Shown here: positions 14,520-29,071 of the stretch, piece after piece | How the letters are laid out: each line of letters begins with the position of its first letter | How positions within the stretch are numbered: position 1 is the stretch's first letter | NCBI RefSeq assembly: GCF_009914755.1 | Contig: NC_060937.1 | DNA: 64,000 nucleotides | Direction: 5' to 3' (one strand) | Origin: the human T2T-CHM13v2.0 reference genome, Homo sapiens | Made by a program: the position numbers and the translations under genes | Notes under the pieces: model-generated | The model's database searches: none | What the model was told of the DNA's origin: nothing | What the model saw: only the letters and a program-made list of their open reading frames with translations

Positions 14520-14960
14520 ATGTACTGGGCAGCTTCTCCATGGTAACAAACAACCCCCAAGTCTCTGTGGTTTCCAAGAGTGTTCATTGCTTGCCATTTC
14601 ATGTTGGTGACTGCAGTTGATGGTAGGAGCCACAGTTCCGCTTGGGTCTGTTGGCTCTGCACTAAGCATCTTCTCATCCTTGCCTAGGCTAAAGACACAA
14701 TATTTACTGGGGAAAAGCCATGCTGGTAGAAAAAGACAAATGTAAGAAATCTGGGAGAAACATGCAGTACCTCGGCACACAATCTCCCTTTACTCCCACT
14801 CCCTCAGTCCGATAAAGCCACACGGCCAGGCTGTACAATGGCATGGGGAGTTGTATTTTGCCGACAGGGAGGCACTGCCAGCTACACGCCAGCAGGCAGG
14901 ATGTGTGACATCTTATGGGAGGGAAATGAATAGAGGGATCAATAATTCAGGTTGTCATAG
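14520..14960 (-). mobile_element. MLT1-family (ERVL-MaLR) solo LTR, old (H/I/J-like)
   Basis: gtaacaaacaacccccaagtctctgtgg...aaagccacacggccagg...gggaggcactgc, the MLT1 reverse pattern. Confidence 0.65.
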
Positions 14961-15114
14961 CATGTCTGTTCTCATGTGGTTTCTTGCCCAACTTTAAAGA
15001 AATCCCAAGTAAATTCAGCTTTAGAGATGTTCAGAGTATTAGTGCATGGAAAGCCACACAGCCTCATACAGTTCTTGAATATGTATCCATACCTCTTTCT
15101 AGTCTACACACTGA

Positions 15115-15462
<348 letters not shown>

Positions 15463-16769
15463 TACTTTTATTTTTTTTTAACTGTCAGGTGAAATTCAAC
15501 TAAGAGCTAAACTGAACTGAAGGAAATGTGTTTTCCTACATTTATTTTCTTTTGAGTTTAAATTTTACTTAACTATTAAATTTATGATGATGTGTTCATA
15601 TTTTCTTCAAAGTGGACTCTATATAAACGGTTAAGAAATTAACTATCAAAATTATTCACACAGTTATTCGCAAGTAGTGACAGTAATTTATGTGTAGCTT
15701 TTATCCCAAAGGATGTTCTAAGGTTGCTTAGCTCCTTTGTTAATCAGTTCCCTAACACCCTAAGCCATTAGGTCATTAAAGAGCTCTTGGCACTTTACCT
15801 AAAGGCTTCAGGGTGTTAATCCTGGTTTCCTGGTCAGAATCCAAGTAGGGTAATGACTTTGTGACTTTTTAAATTATTCCTGCAATTTTGGTCAAACAGG
15901 ATGTTCTTCTTGCTCTCTGTCCCATGTGGTTTCACTAAGTGGCTCGCTTGTTAGAGAGATGTGCCTCTTCCATTGCAAATGAAATGAGGATGATTTAAAA
16001 GCATTTATAACAGCTTCTGAGCTGCAGTGATGTGCTGAACTCTGTCATGAACCTAGATGTGGTTTCTCCCCTAATGGAGACCCTAAATGCCACCAAACAC
16101 AGGTGTTCACCTTCTTTTCTATGATTCACTTGGATGCATTTTCCCTGGGTGAGCTCAGCTCACAGAAGATGACCGGGAGAAGGCACTTTCCGATCCTGCC
16201 TCTGAATGACGAGCACAGAGGCTCTGAGCAGCCTACCTGGGGGGTCTCCTCTCCAGCTGATCAGAGAGATTTCCTACAATCTCTCCTGGAAAGATTGGTG
16301 AAACTAAAGCTTATGGAGAAACAATTTTGGATGCTCACCAAATAGTAAACATTTTCTTGTTTTTTGAATATTTAAGGGCACATTTTATTATTTATAAGTT
16401 AAAGTATATCTCACTAATAATAGAGCCTATTTAGAAAAATGTGTATTATCTGCACACATTTTTAACAGCACAAATAACTTGAATTCTATTTTTCTCATTA
16501 ATAGGCTATTTTGACTTGTACAGAAATTTAAATAAAAAACAACTGAATGGATGCTTAGTGTGTATGTATTTGATTTCATAAGAATCACGAGTTTCCAGCA
16601 TTTTCACCAATAAAGTTCACTTTTGTTAGTTTTTGCTCTATTTATTCTAGATCAGAAGGATTTTTGCCTCCCAAATGGAGTGTATTAAGTAACAGTTAAT
16701 TTGCTTGTTTAGTTTTCCCTTTTTAACATCAAAGGCATAAACAGCTAGTATCAGTTATTGAGCATTTCG

Positions 16770-16880
16770 GCTCACTATTAGACTGCTGGCTCCTTGAGGG
16801 CAGAAATAATGTCTTATTTTTCTCCTTAGTGCTGAGCACAGCAGCTAATACATTATATAGATGCTCTCTGAGCATCATGG
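16770..16880 (+). mobile_element. L2 3' end
   Basis: tagactgctggctccttgagggcagaaataatgtcttattt...gtgctgagcacag...atagatgctc. Confidence 0.7.
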
Positions 16881-17021
16881 AGGGAGGCGGGGAAGGACAG
16901 AGGAAGGAAAAAAAGAAGGAAAGGAAGGGAAGGAAGGCAAAAAAGAAAAGGAAGAAAAGAAGGAAGGACAGAAAGAAAAGAAGGACAAAGAAGTATAGCA
17001 AGGAAGGAGAGAAAGAGGAAA
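16878..17021. repeat. GA-rich polypurine low-complexity tract
   Basis: Nearly pure A/G run (ggaaggaaaaaaagaaggaaaggaagggaagg...). Confidence 0.9.
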
Positions 17022-18949
17022 CAGTGAATTATTGTCTTGAGTAGATACAATCCCAGCCCCAAACAGAGCAACTAGGTGTCTGACTTACCATTGGAGACTT
17101 CTGGGGGTGTGTGTGCGAGTGCGTTTCACCTGTTATAGATTGGCGGTGTCCTTAGCTGTGTTTAGTGAAACCTTTACTAGTTTTATTCATTTACTGCTGC
17201 AGTCGGAATACTGCCTTTGCTCTGTGTCTGTGTGCTTCTCCCTTCCAGCCAGATCAACTTGTTTGTGTCCATGTGAACGTCAGGAAATGGCTTTGAAAGG
17301 CTCTAGAGAGTAGCTGAAGTGCATTGTGATTAAATGTTAATAACCATAATGAACAATACTGTTAACTAATTAATTACTAACTCTCAAAAAGGGCTACAAA
17401 TCAACCATTAAACAAGTAAAGTCATTATTTTTGTCAGAAGCCCTCAACATTCCACTGAGTTAGGGTCAGTGACTCCATATAGCAAATTAAGTCAGTTTCA
17501 TAGGCAATCAGTTTATTCATTATCATTTTATTTATGATCAGTTTCTTTTGTAGTAGAGAGCAGCATTAAATATGCTGTTGTCACTTGACTGAGATTTTCT
17601 TTGTAAGCTAAGGAGAACACCTTATTTAGTTTTTCAGACTAAAACTATTGCAGCCACCTTCTGTGGAGGAGAGCCTGGGTAGGTGGGTGGGCAGGGGAGG
17701 TTGAGTGCTCCTTTTACCAGGCGCTGAAATGTGCTCTAACTGCACATGGAGAAGAATTGTGGTCCCACTTCCTGAACTCTCTACTAGAGATTCAGCTCCA
17801 CAGCAGAAGAGGCTGGCATACAGCTCAGATGGGTGTCTTTGCCAGGCTCCTCAATGGACAGAAAGGCGGCAGTCACAGCTGCCACCTTAAGATGTTGCTT
17901 TCAGTTGAGAGCAGTTTCATCCTGTTATGACCAACAACATGAGATCCATGTGATCCAGAAGCGTATCAGTGAACAAAACCCAAATGTCCTGATCAAGACA
18001 TACATATCTAGAGTTTGGTTGAGACAAATGATGAGCCTGGAGGAGGGCATAGAATATCCTTTCATTCTCCTGAGGATATTTACACTAGGCTAGATCTTCT
18101 AAACCACTTTTTCCCAAATTGCATTATGGGATATTTATAAAAAGTGGAGCCCACTATTTTCCAAATATTTGACCAAAGAACTCTTTTTTTGGCGGGGAGT
18201 GGTGGTGGTAGGAGAGCTGCATTACTTTGTCTCCTGCCAAGTTGATTGTATGGAATTCTGCTTTGGAGTGGAGCCCTTGGCACATGCTCAGAGCAGCTTA
18301 GGAGAAAGACTGATGAAACTTTTTGGTGTTTGTTGCACAAATACTAAGAATCTGGTTCATTTCTCAATTCATGTCTTTTTTATGGGGTTGATAGGAGGAT
18401 TTCGCCCTTCCTCAGTGCTGGAAATAGTTGTTTTAACTTAGAAACCGTTTTAATGTTACGATCTCTCACAACTGTGCAGCTGATTGGCTCCCTATGTGAG
18501 TGGGCCGATGTGAGGCTATAGACAGAAAGTCCTTTCCCCTTGAGTGAAGCCGAGGCGGTCAGTGAAATTGCAAAGGTATAAAAAAGTGCAAGAATCTGGA
18601 ATGCTGTCTGGATTGTCCAAGTGGATTTGGAGAGGGAGGTCATGACCCAAGTGGAATATCTTCAATGGAACAACTGCGGGGATGGAGATGGGGCAGCAGG
18701 AAGAAGGCCGAGAAGGGGAAACAGCTGGACAAAGTGTCTCAAAGGAAGGGTTTTTATGTGAGGCTAAAAAAGGTTGAGGAATAATTTTCTGAAACTGGTT
18801 ACAAAGACTAGAGGCATCTTTCACTTCCTGTGAATCCTGTGAACTTGGAGCAGGGTGGGACCCCCTGCTGCCGCTAATGGAAGAAGGTAGCAGGATCCAC
18901 CTCTCCTCTTCCGCTGACAGCCTCCCTCCCTGCTCAGTGCCTCGAGCTG

Positions 18950-19640
18950 GTGAACTCCCCTCCGTCCTGTGCACCTCCCGCTTTTGCTCCTCACACATCC
19001 CACCGGTCCTGTATATGTGGGGTCTCCAGCCTCCTCCTTCTGTGTGATTAGCACCTCCACCTTGGTTCAAGGCTTTATCCATCATCTCTTCACTGGATTA
19101 TTGCAACAACTGCAAGAACCTCCAACCTAATCTCACCGTAGCTTCTCCCCGAATCCACCAGCCTCACACTGTTGCCATAGTGATCCTTCTGAAACGTGGA
19201 CTTTGCTTTGCTGATGCCCCACGCTGAGCCTGTACTGCCCAGAAGAAAATGTTTCAGCTCCTGAGTGGGCATAGAAGGCCTCCTTGGGCCCATACCTAGT
19301 GGCTGGGATCTCACTCCCTTCTCTTGCCACTCCTCCCCCAGCCTCTACCTCAGGCACACCTCATCTCACTGTTCCTCCACTCTTGGCCTCCTGACCCAGG
19401 CCCACCCTTTCTTCCACTAATAGGAAAGCTCCTCTCTCCTTCTTCATGAAGCCTGCTCTTTCTTCCCTCTCACCTCACTCCATTCATGCTGTGAGTTTAG
19501 CCCTTGCTGTCTTCTTCCTGGGGCTGTCCCTTTCACTAAAGCAAACTCCCCAAGGGCAGGGAATGAATATGATCCATGTTCTTACTTCCTAGCCTAATCT
19601 GATATATAGCACTTTTGGTGATAAACATATAAACACTTGA
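18950..19640 (+). mobile_element. L2 fragment
   Basis: catcatctcttcactggattattgcaac...gtgatccttctgaaac...aaactccccaagggcaggg, C/T-rich L2 3' region. Confidence 0.7.
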
Positions 19641-19847
19641 AAGGAGGCATGTCCCTAGTTAATCAAGTTACTTTACATTTAAAGAAGAAATCAGTGATTG
19701 AGGTAGGACCTTAAAGGCTCACTCTTAAACTCACCCTAAGAACTCAGCCACTTCTGAATGGGACACCCATTGTATACCTGGTTCCACAGTAGACAGCACA
19801 GAGGCCCTGGAAAGGAGAATGGAAGATATTTTATGCATCAGTTTCTA

Positions 19848-20388
19848 TGTGGTGGTGTAGCAAAAACAGTTAATTGACTTCCAGTATCTGGCCTCCTTTT
19901 CAGCTCTAGTACTAGAAGTTCTAGACCCCAGTTAAAAAGGATGTTTTCTAGCCTTTTTTATACTGAGCTGTGGCCACTGTTCTGGCCCATGGAGTGTGAG
20001 TAGATGTGACATGGGCAAATTCCCAATAAAAGGAGCATGGTTTCTCCTCCTCATCTTCCTCTTTCTGTGGGCTTCAGTGGGGTAGGTAGAGCCCATGTTT
20101 GGCCAGAATAGAAGCCTGGGAATATGCAGAGAGATACGACTGAAGTAGACTGAGTGTTCCTGTGTGGCCTACTGCAATAATCCATTGACAGATGGTGGGT
20201 AAAGACTTGGACTCAGGCAAGAGTGATGATATTAAGGACCTAGACTCTTCCTACTGTTTCCTGACAACCAGGGCACTCTCTCCCTTGCAGTGCTGACATC
20301 TGGGTTTTTACTGTCTTGTTTAAACCACTCTGTAATGTTTTGGGGTATCTTTGTTACAGCAGCTCACCATATATTCTTAATCAGTACC
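19848..20388 (+). mobile_element. MLT1-family (ERVL-MaLR) solo LTR
   Basis: gctgtggccactgttctggcccatggagtgtgagtagatgtgacatggg and end ttgtttaaaccactctg...ttggggtatctttgttacagcagc. Confidence 0.7.
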
Positions 20389-21084
20389 AATGGGCTCAGG
20401 TATTATTAAGGTTAGTCAGTAGGCATTTTTAACAAATACAGGTTGCTGTATAAAAAGATGCCAACTTACTTTATTGGCATAAGAAAAGACTCACTGTGTA
20501 GTCTAAAACTCATAATTTCAATCATTTTCTCCTGTGACCTACCTTCCCCACAGGGGGCCACTAACATTAGCCATTATTCTGGCCTCCCCTTTACTATGTT
20601 AATCTAGGCATAGACAATTTTCTAATATGCAGCTCAAACCAGGTTTTAACAGTTAACAAGGTTTTGCTAAATATTCAGGATAATAGAAAGAGTAATTTGT
20701 ATAATGAGTAATATACAACTTGCCATTAGGTATGATTCTTCTCAAACCCTCAAGCAAAAACCCACCTCATAGGGTTCCCTGCAAGGAATCTTATGATGAG
20801 CTCTGAGCTCCTTATGGCAGAGGCCATCTCATCTCTCCTACCCCCTACCCAGAAGTACTCCAGAACACATCTAGATTGGGAGAAGTTGAGGCCCAAGAGG
20901 GAGTTTGAGATCAATTTCCAGCCTAAAACCACCCTGGAAGAGTCAGCTTCTGCTTTCAGCTTCTTCTCTTCCCAGGAGATGACTGGCCTTCGCTGTCACG
21001 GAGGAACAGCCCTGTGTTTACAGGCCCAGAAGATAGAGCAACACCATATGGGGTCATCAGAGCAGGGTCTTCCCACTGCTAGTG

Positions 21085-21200
21085 GATTTAATTCTCCCAC
21101 TTTCACAGATGAGTAAATGAGGATCAGAAAGTTAAAACAACTTATCCTATGTTACATGGCTTCTAAGCTTCAGGGTCAGGATTTGAACCCAGTGTGTATG
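21085..21200 (-). mobile_element. MIR
   Basis: cccactttcacagatgagtaaatgaggatcagaaagttaaaacaactt...caggatttgaacccag. Confidence 0.75.
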
Positions 21201-21221
21201 GGAGGGCTTTTCAAATGCCCA

Positions 21222-21400
21222 CCCAGTGGCTTGCACCAAGCTGGCTGCCCAGACCCTTGAGGGAGCTTGTTAAAATAGTGATCGGTTCCTGATCCTACCT
21301 TTGAAAATATCTTTTAAGTGGTTTTGGGATGAGTTTTTAAGGCTTTTTATTAATAAACTACTCTGGCAATTCCAATACACTGCAATATTTAGAGACAGTT
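21222..21400. mobile_element. MER5-like hAT-Charlie relic
   Basis: cagtggcttgcaccaagctggctgc...gggagcttgttaaaat...ttaataaactactctggcaattccaatacac...tttagagac. Confidence 0.5.
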
Positions 21401-21778
21401 CCTTTTTACCAAACAGGGCATGTTAGCCTCAGACATTTTTTCAGTGTTTTTCCTTTTGCCAACTCATCCTGTTTCCCCCATGTAAAACAAATGATTCAAG
21501 ATGAGAGCAATATGTCTCAAAATGGAACAATTCAATATTAGTTGAGACAATGCTTTGGCGGTTATTTGTATGAATATATTACTATTACAGCTATAATCTC
21601 CCCCAAAGTTTGATGGGTGTATTTCCACCCATCCGTTACTACTTATTGAATGAAGCTTTGCAGCCAAGCCTGATGGGGAATGTCATAGATGAATAAGCCT
21701 CTCTTCAGATTGCCCGAGCTGTCTACAAGGGAGACCAAAGTACACCCATGAAACAATTCAAAAGTAATAAAAAACGTG

Positions 21779-22070
<292 letters not shown>

Positions 22071-25000
22071 TATCCAAGTAGAAAATACATATTGAGTTGT
22101 GGCAACAGGTACTAGGTGGAGTAGAAACAGAAGTGAAGAATTACACCAAGTGAGCAGGAGAAGAACAGGTGGCTTCATAAAAAAGAAAATGCTTAAATTA
22201 AATCTGGAAGCATGATTTAGGTTAGGAAAGTCAGACGCAGGATGGAAATTCATGTAGTAGGCATGGGCTAAGCAAAGGTACACTCTGTCATAAGCAACCC
22301 AAGGTACTAAGGATACTGTTCTCTACAATAGGTGTAATTTTTCTGAGCTGTTAAAAATATAACTGGGAAGATAAACAGAAACTCCAAGAATATCTTATCT
22401 GCGTTGATCCACCAGTGTGTGTCTGTGACGGAGGCCTGAATTGTATGCTGCCATGTGGGTGGCCAGAGAGAAGGTGAGCCTAGAGTGGAGAGCAGTCCTG
22501 TGGTAGGATGACAGGGAGGATGGAAGCAGCACTGGAGACCTGGGAGAACTGGGATGCCTGTTTGGAGAGAGGGTGTGGCGTTGGGCAGGTAGGTAGAGGG
22601 AAGGTCTCTGTTCAGCAGCATAGCACAGCACAGGGGACACGACCCAGAACTAGGGCCATGTGCTATGAACTGATGGGCAGCTCTAATTACTTTTCTAAAT
22701 TTTGGGCCCAGTGACATTTTCTTTCCTGCCCCATGGGTCAGGTTGGTTTTAGAAGTGAGACATTTATTTTATTCTCCTTCAAAAACAAACTTTACATCAT
22801 TGATCTGCCACTAAAAAATGTTTGTGTAAAATTCCTGCCTCGAAGCCAGTGCCTGTGACTCAGATGGCGTGCATTTCAAAAGTCTCTCAACATAATTTCA
22901 CATAAAAAAGAAACATCTTACGTTGGGCCAACTCTGCTGAAACCAACTGCCTTGTATCACTAATATGTAGCTGGATTGATTCATGATGTACATCTTCAAA
23001 GACCTGGATAATCATCTTTGTTTGCAAATTCCTTATTAACATGGAGATAAATGCTATCATAAATTTGAACTTTTATATTATGAGCTGAATTTTTTGGTCT
23101 TTAAAATTTATTTCCAGAATATTCGATAGCATGACTCTAAGGCTGGATGGCTCTTTCCCAACTGGACACGGTTTGAGATTTTTTTGTCTCCTTTTTCTTC
23201 ATGCGAGATGATAAACACTTAATAAGAAGATGGAACTTATGGAAAGTAGCCAGAAGAAAATAGCATTCTACCGATGGAATTCCACTTCAGATGCTGTGCT
23301 GGAAAGAAATCCTCATCCTGGGCTCCTTTTGCCTTTTGATGATGGCTTTAAAAACTGTGAAAACAGCGAAAGCCAAGTGTGTGGTCTTCAGCAATTTCGT
23401 AATAGTCTGTGCAGGAGACAGAGGGGGCGGTGGTTTGCTGGAAAAAATGATTAACTTTTTCTTTACGATGACAGAAAACAGTTGCAATTCAAAAATGCCG
23501 AGGTTTCTGCAGCCCTCCCTTTTGGCAAATTGTTAGGTAATCACTTCTTCCAGGTGGCACTTTCAATAAAGACCTTGGAAAGTCACGCCCCTTCCAGAGA
23601 TGTCCTCAGGGCAGAGCCATTGTCAACTGGGAGAAACTTGTAGAATGAGTGAGGGCAGGGTTAGAGGAAAGGCTCTAAATTTTTCTTGTTGGGGGTAGCG
23701 GGGTAGATTTGCTGTTGATTTCCCAGAGTGGGTTCCCGTGCCTCAGTCTTGGTCTAATGCGCGTTACAGTCTGCCTCTCAGCTTCTCCAGCAGAACCAAG
23801 GGAACCCTCCTCACATCCTATGATTATATTTGTTATTATTTACTTTAAGTTATCCCAGGAAGCAGCAGGCCCACCCTAATTGAGAGGTCTGTCCACATAC
23901 AAGTCAGCTTAGTAAAACAGGTTCTAATTAAGTAATTACCTTGATTAAAATATACCAACCATTTTTACTTTTTAATAAACATTTCCCAAGACTGGATTTT
24001 ATCCTGTTATTTTGGTAGAAATTTGTTTAACCTGGTGTGGAACTGGAACCCAGAGCTAACACTGTCCACCTGTGGATATGTGTGGTTTCCCTTATTTGTA
24101 ACATGGAGTAGAAACATAGCAGAGGCTCTGCAAGGTGCAGGAAAAGCCAGGTGCATCTATCAGGTCAATTCAAAGTTCCTTTTTGAGTACAGTGCTGGAC
24201 TTAGGTCATGTAGAGGCATAAAAGCCAATTTAACTGTGCACAGTCCAGTAAGGGACAGACATTTGCAAAAGTATATCAATACATGATGCAAATGTTAAGC
24301 TAGAGTTACGCACAGGTGCTCTAGATAATTGTGACATTTGAAGGCATGTATTTTGACTACATTGGTCATTCCTGTGGTAAACTGACAAGGATTGAGCCCT
24401 GCTGAGGTACATGGTCCTTGCAGACACTTGAGTCCTGGATAGTATGCAAGTAGATAAAAGAGAATCCCTGTGACTCTACCCCAGTGACTCTACCCCAAGT
24501 CGTCAAGATGTGGGCATCACCTGACTCCATCTGGTCAGCCTCCTAGCAGAGGAGGCCCTTTTCTGTTGCTGAATTTACAACTGCTTCATGCCCATTGGCT
24601 CCTTGGAAATTCAATCCCAATTCATCTAAAACTCCTCAGGGTCAAAATAGTTCCTGAAAATGAATTTTGCTGAAGCTTGCTTTTGGGTGCCTGTGACTTC
24701 AAATCCTTATCCTCTGCATCTTCAAGATTCTGGTCTGGTTACTTAGGCAAATTTCTCAGTAGCTCTGGAAAATTCGCAACGATTTAAACCATTTTTTTTC
24801 TTTAGCCTCTCTGGGACCTATGACTCTTTGCATGTTGAGGTTTTGAATTCCTTTGCATGACAAATTCTCTGGTGGTTACAACAGAGAAGAAGGAAGAGAG
24901 GTGATCAGGGTCTCATGAGAAAAACCATACCTAGATAGTTTGCTCAAAGAGAGTGCTGTTAATTCAAAGAGGCTGGTCTTCCTGAGAGATTCCTTAACCC

Positions 25001-25120
25001 AAGGCAATTCAAAAGTTGGTGTTTGAGTGTGCGAGAGAGGCCCCATGTTATGAAGGCATGTCAGAAAAATGATTATGGCTGGGTATTAACTTGAGATCTA
25101 GGCTGTGAAAGAACAGTAGG

Positions 25121-25398
25121 TTTTTTTTTTTTTTTTCTTTGAGATGGAGTCTTGCTCTGTTGCCTTGGTGTGATCTGGGCTCACTGCCACCTTCACCTCC
25201 CAGGTTCAAGCAGTTCTCCTTGCCTCAGCCTCCTGAGTAGCTGGGATTACAGGCCCGCCCACCACAATGCCTGGCTAATTTTTGTATTTTTTAGTAGAGA
25301 CAGGGTTTTGCCATGTTGGCCAGGCTGACCTTGAACTCCTGACCTCAGGTGATCTGTCCATCTTGGCCTCCCAGAATGTTCAGATTACAGGCCTGGCC
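25121..25398 (-). mobile_element. AluS (Sx/Sz-like) with two short internal deletions
   Basis: Poly(T) then GAGATGGAGTCTTGCTCTG...CTGACCTCAGGTGATC; degenerate TSD AAGAACAGTAG / AAGCACAGTAG. Confidence 0.95.
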
Positions 25399-25629
25399 AA
25401 GCACAGTAGATTTGTGACTTGCCTTTCATACATGGGAGGGTGACTAAGGGAAGGAGGCATGGGGGTGGAGAGAGGATGGTGCTGGAGGGAAGGTGGGCAG
25501 GTGGATAGAGTCATTTAAGACATGCAAGGAGCCCCTTGGCACTTAAGAGAAAAGGTGCCACACATCCCGAAAGCCTGGAGCAGGGGCACACTGTCTTTGG
25601 AATGTATTTTCGTTGACTAGATTAATCTG

Positions 25630-25895
25630 CTTTCAATTAGAGTATTTATAGACTACTTCCCCCACAAAGGCCTCCATGATTGATCCCAGCAACAGTATAC
25701 TTTTGGCCTTTGAAACTTTTTTGAAGTTTTCTTGCTATACCTACCATACTGTAGCTAGTTTTATAGTAATGCACATAGTCTTTGAGCTACAGCCTCAGCT
25801 CGTTGGTGGGGCCCATGTCAGTTTTCTCCTAGGGTCTCCCATAATTCCTCAATATAGTCCTTGTAAGAAGTGCCCCATACATGTTTTTTGACTTG
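25630..25895 (+). mobile_element. L2 3' fragment
   Basis: Ends ...ggggcccatgtcagttttctcc...aagaagtgccccatacatgttttttga, an L2-tail-like sequence. Confidence 0.45.
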
Positions 25896-27598
25896 AGCCC
25901 TTGCCCATTCCTGGGAGTCCAGGATCCAGGCCAGACAGTGGGATTAAAGGACTGAAACAAATCACGCTACCTCCCCCTGCACAATATTTTCATGGGATAA
26001 AAATGCCCTTAAGATGAACATCAAAGGCAACTCTAAAAGTGAAAAGTAATAACAAGGCTATTTGTTATTACTAAATTGCTTGTTTGGAATAAAGAAGGGG
26101 TACCCATTCTGCATGTGCTAGTGAGAGTGCTGGTTTATAGGTCAGCTCTTAGGCACAGACTTTTCAGCACTTAAAAAATCGCCAGCTGAGCATCCCCTTC
26201 CACCTCTTCTACCCTTTGAATGTCATTGACCCACCAACACCACCACAGGGCTCTGAAGACTGCTCTTGTGATACCACAGATAATCAAACACACAACACGA
26301 GCAGTGGGGACACTCCTGACCGAGAGACAGAGTGCAGAGGACAGACACCCGGACCTGTGCCCAGTATCAAAAGCACTAACAGAGCGGCGCTTCCCATGTT
26401 CACTGGACATGCAGTGTTCATATTAGGACTAGTTCTAGTTGGACATCTTGCTGTTTCCACATTTGTTTTAGTGGCTCTTCATCGTGTTTACATTTGTCTT
26501 ATTTTTGGGCTATTTCTATAACCAAGTGACTATTTGATTAAGATTTATCCATTCCATAAATATGCCCATTTCATTCAACATGCTACCAACAAGTTTTTGG
26601 CAAGTCCTACTATGTGGCCAGTGGTCACACAGATTAAAGTCAAATTCATGCAGAATCCTGGCTTGCAGACAAAGTTTTTATCTTTTCTCTGCAATGACTC
26701 ATCCTCACTTTCCAGAGGTACCTGGTGCAGCCATGGGTCTGCTCTCCCCATCTCCCATCAATATTTGCTCCTAGGGCAATCTCAGTCATACTTTTGAAAT
26801 TATATGTTGCTCAAACTGTTTGTTTAAAAACATTTAAAACATTCAGTTAAGAGGCAAGTCTAAAACAGTGTCTCTGAGCATTCATTACATTAGAATAATG
26901 GAGGTGATTTGAAACAGTAGAGGTGGGGGTAAGGAATATGTCTGGCCCCTCCAGTCTGTGGATTTCTGTCTTTGCAGATGTGTAAGTGCAGATCTGCCCA
27001 GGACTGTCCAATGTTGGGGCTTCTTTCAAGAGCAAGGTTCTAGCGTCATCAGGAGATGGAAGAAAGTTATATTGATATACACTGTTACACAAAAGGTAGT
27101 ATTTTGGATGCCAAGTATAAGATATTGCAGCAAATTCTGTGTCCTCTGTCTTCGGAGCCACCTACTATTTTACCGCTCGTGATCAAAGGCTTTTTTCCCT
27201 TTTTATTCTTGTGGTACTTTTTGGTGTCCATTCACCCTAGCCAGGATGAGCAGGTCTACCCAATAGCATTTTTTATTATAGACAGTTCTTCGTACATTAT
27301 TGCACTTAACAGATTTACAGAGAGCACCTTTTTTGTTTTCAAGACTGAGATTATTGTTCAATCTTTTATACTTGTGTTGACTTACACTCTGTTGTAAAAT
27401 TTGAAGGAGGGTAAATGCATAATCAGTTTTAATGACCTACGTTATGCAAGTTACAATCTGATTGGCAGTGAAGATAAGTTTAAATGCAAACAAATGGCAG
27501 ATGTTAATCTCTGCCTCCTTAGCTTTCAGGTGGTAGGTGTAGGACACTTCTGGCTTGCAGTTCCCAGGTGATGCTTGCTTGACTTTGTTGTCAGCACC

Positions 27599-28018
27599 TG
27601 CATTAGTCCGTGCTTGCATTGGTATAAAGAAATACCTGAGACTGGGTAATTTATAAAGGAAAGAGGTTAATTGGCTCACAGTTCTGCAGGCTGTACAGGA
27701 GGCGTAATGCTGGAATCGACTTGGCTTCTGGAGAGGCCACAGGAAACTTACAATGGTGGCAGAAAGTGAAGGGGAAGCAGGTACATCTTACAAGATGGGA
27801 GCAGCTGCAAGGGGTGGTAGGAGGTGCTACGCACTTTTAAACAAGCAGATCTCACAAGAACTCACTATCACGAGAACAGCACCAAGAGGATGGTGTGAAA
27901 CTATTTATGAAGGATCCACCCCCATGATCCAATCACCTCCCAGCAGGCCCCACCTCCAACAATGGAGATTACAATTGAACATGAGATGTGGTTGGGGACA
28001 CAGATCCAAACCATATCA
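27599..28018 (-). mobile_element. MSTA (ERVL-MaLR) solo LTR
   Basis: Reverse strand begins TGATATGGTTTGGATCTGTGTCCCC; TG...CA termini; 5-bp TSD GCACC (27594-27598) / GCGCC (28019-28023). Confidence 0.92.
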
Positions 28019-29071
28019 GCGCCCCTCAGTGTGTGTGGTGGAATCTGGCTCTAGAGTGGCCCATTTCGGCAAATGAACTGGAGATATTACAGATGGAACT
28101 TACTCTGATTTCCTGCACTAAACCCAGCTCTTCATATTTTCTTCATGGGTCACTTGGACATTTTTTTCCCAACATACATTTAATTGTAGTGTGATTCCTT
28201 CTGGGCAGCAGAAACTTCAGATATCCATAGATAATTTATTCCGTCAAATCCATAGCTATGGGTTCTTGAGGCTTCTCCCTACATCAAATTATGAGGCAGT
28301 ATGAGCCATCCACACAGAGCACTCAGAGCCCACTCCTGGGCAAGTCTGTGGAGTGTATTGCTTGGTGGAGAGTGCTTCGGACAGGAAAAGGGGAGCTTCC
28401 TCCATGCCTTCTCTTCTGATTGGTGGCCCAACCCCAGTGTCCTTTCCCATCCTGCCATGTTTTTTTATGGCATGCCCCACCTGGTCTCAGTTGTCATCTC
28501 TGGCTTCAGGCTTCATGAAGGCCCTTTATGCTCAAGATTAATGTGAACTGCTTCTCTGGACACTATAACAGGGAACTAACCTACAGAAACTAGGAGGGGA
28601 ACAACCTGAGTTTAGCTGCTAGACACATTTAGGACACATTTTAAAATTACATGCACAAAATTATGTATTCCAGTTTCCTGAAAACTTAGCAAAAGCAATG
28701 CCTTTGGGCTATGAGTTTAAAACATGACAACCATTTTAATTTTCCTTTTGCATAGAATGAGGAAATGTGGGACCATCACTCGTGATTTGGGAGGTGGGAC
28801 CGTGTAAAGACCGCAAACAGCGGAGTTTCTACATTGGTGGCTCATATGCAGTTTGTGTCTACTTGCTTTTCATCATCATTCTCATATAGGAGACCAGCTC
28901 TCTATCCTCGGCCAAACTGTGCTTTCGGTATAGGAAAAGTAAATGTTCTTTATTTGCATAGTTAAGTGTGTAATGCAAATAACATCGTTTCATCTTTGAC
29001 TAAACAACTCTGCTTCTGAATTTGGGCACATCACCTAACACGTTCATGCTTTGTGAAAGAAACTCTAAAGC

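Noticed and set aside
16729-17071. Lys/Arg-rich NLS-like ORF and Phe/Leu-rich antisense ORFs
   Set aside because: Translations of a GA-rich simple tract following an L2 tail.
18516-19085. Longest ORF in the window (189 aa, minus strand)
   Set aside because: No recognisable domain, partly antisense to an L2 relic, and no supporting splice structure.
24470-24497. 14-bp tandem duplication GTGACTCTACCCCA x2
   Set aside because: Ordinary slippage microduplication.
26216-26521. 101-aa ORF with a hydrophobic C-terminus
   Set aside because: Non-ATG start, no family match and no exon context.
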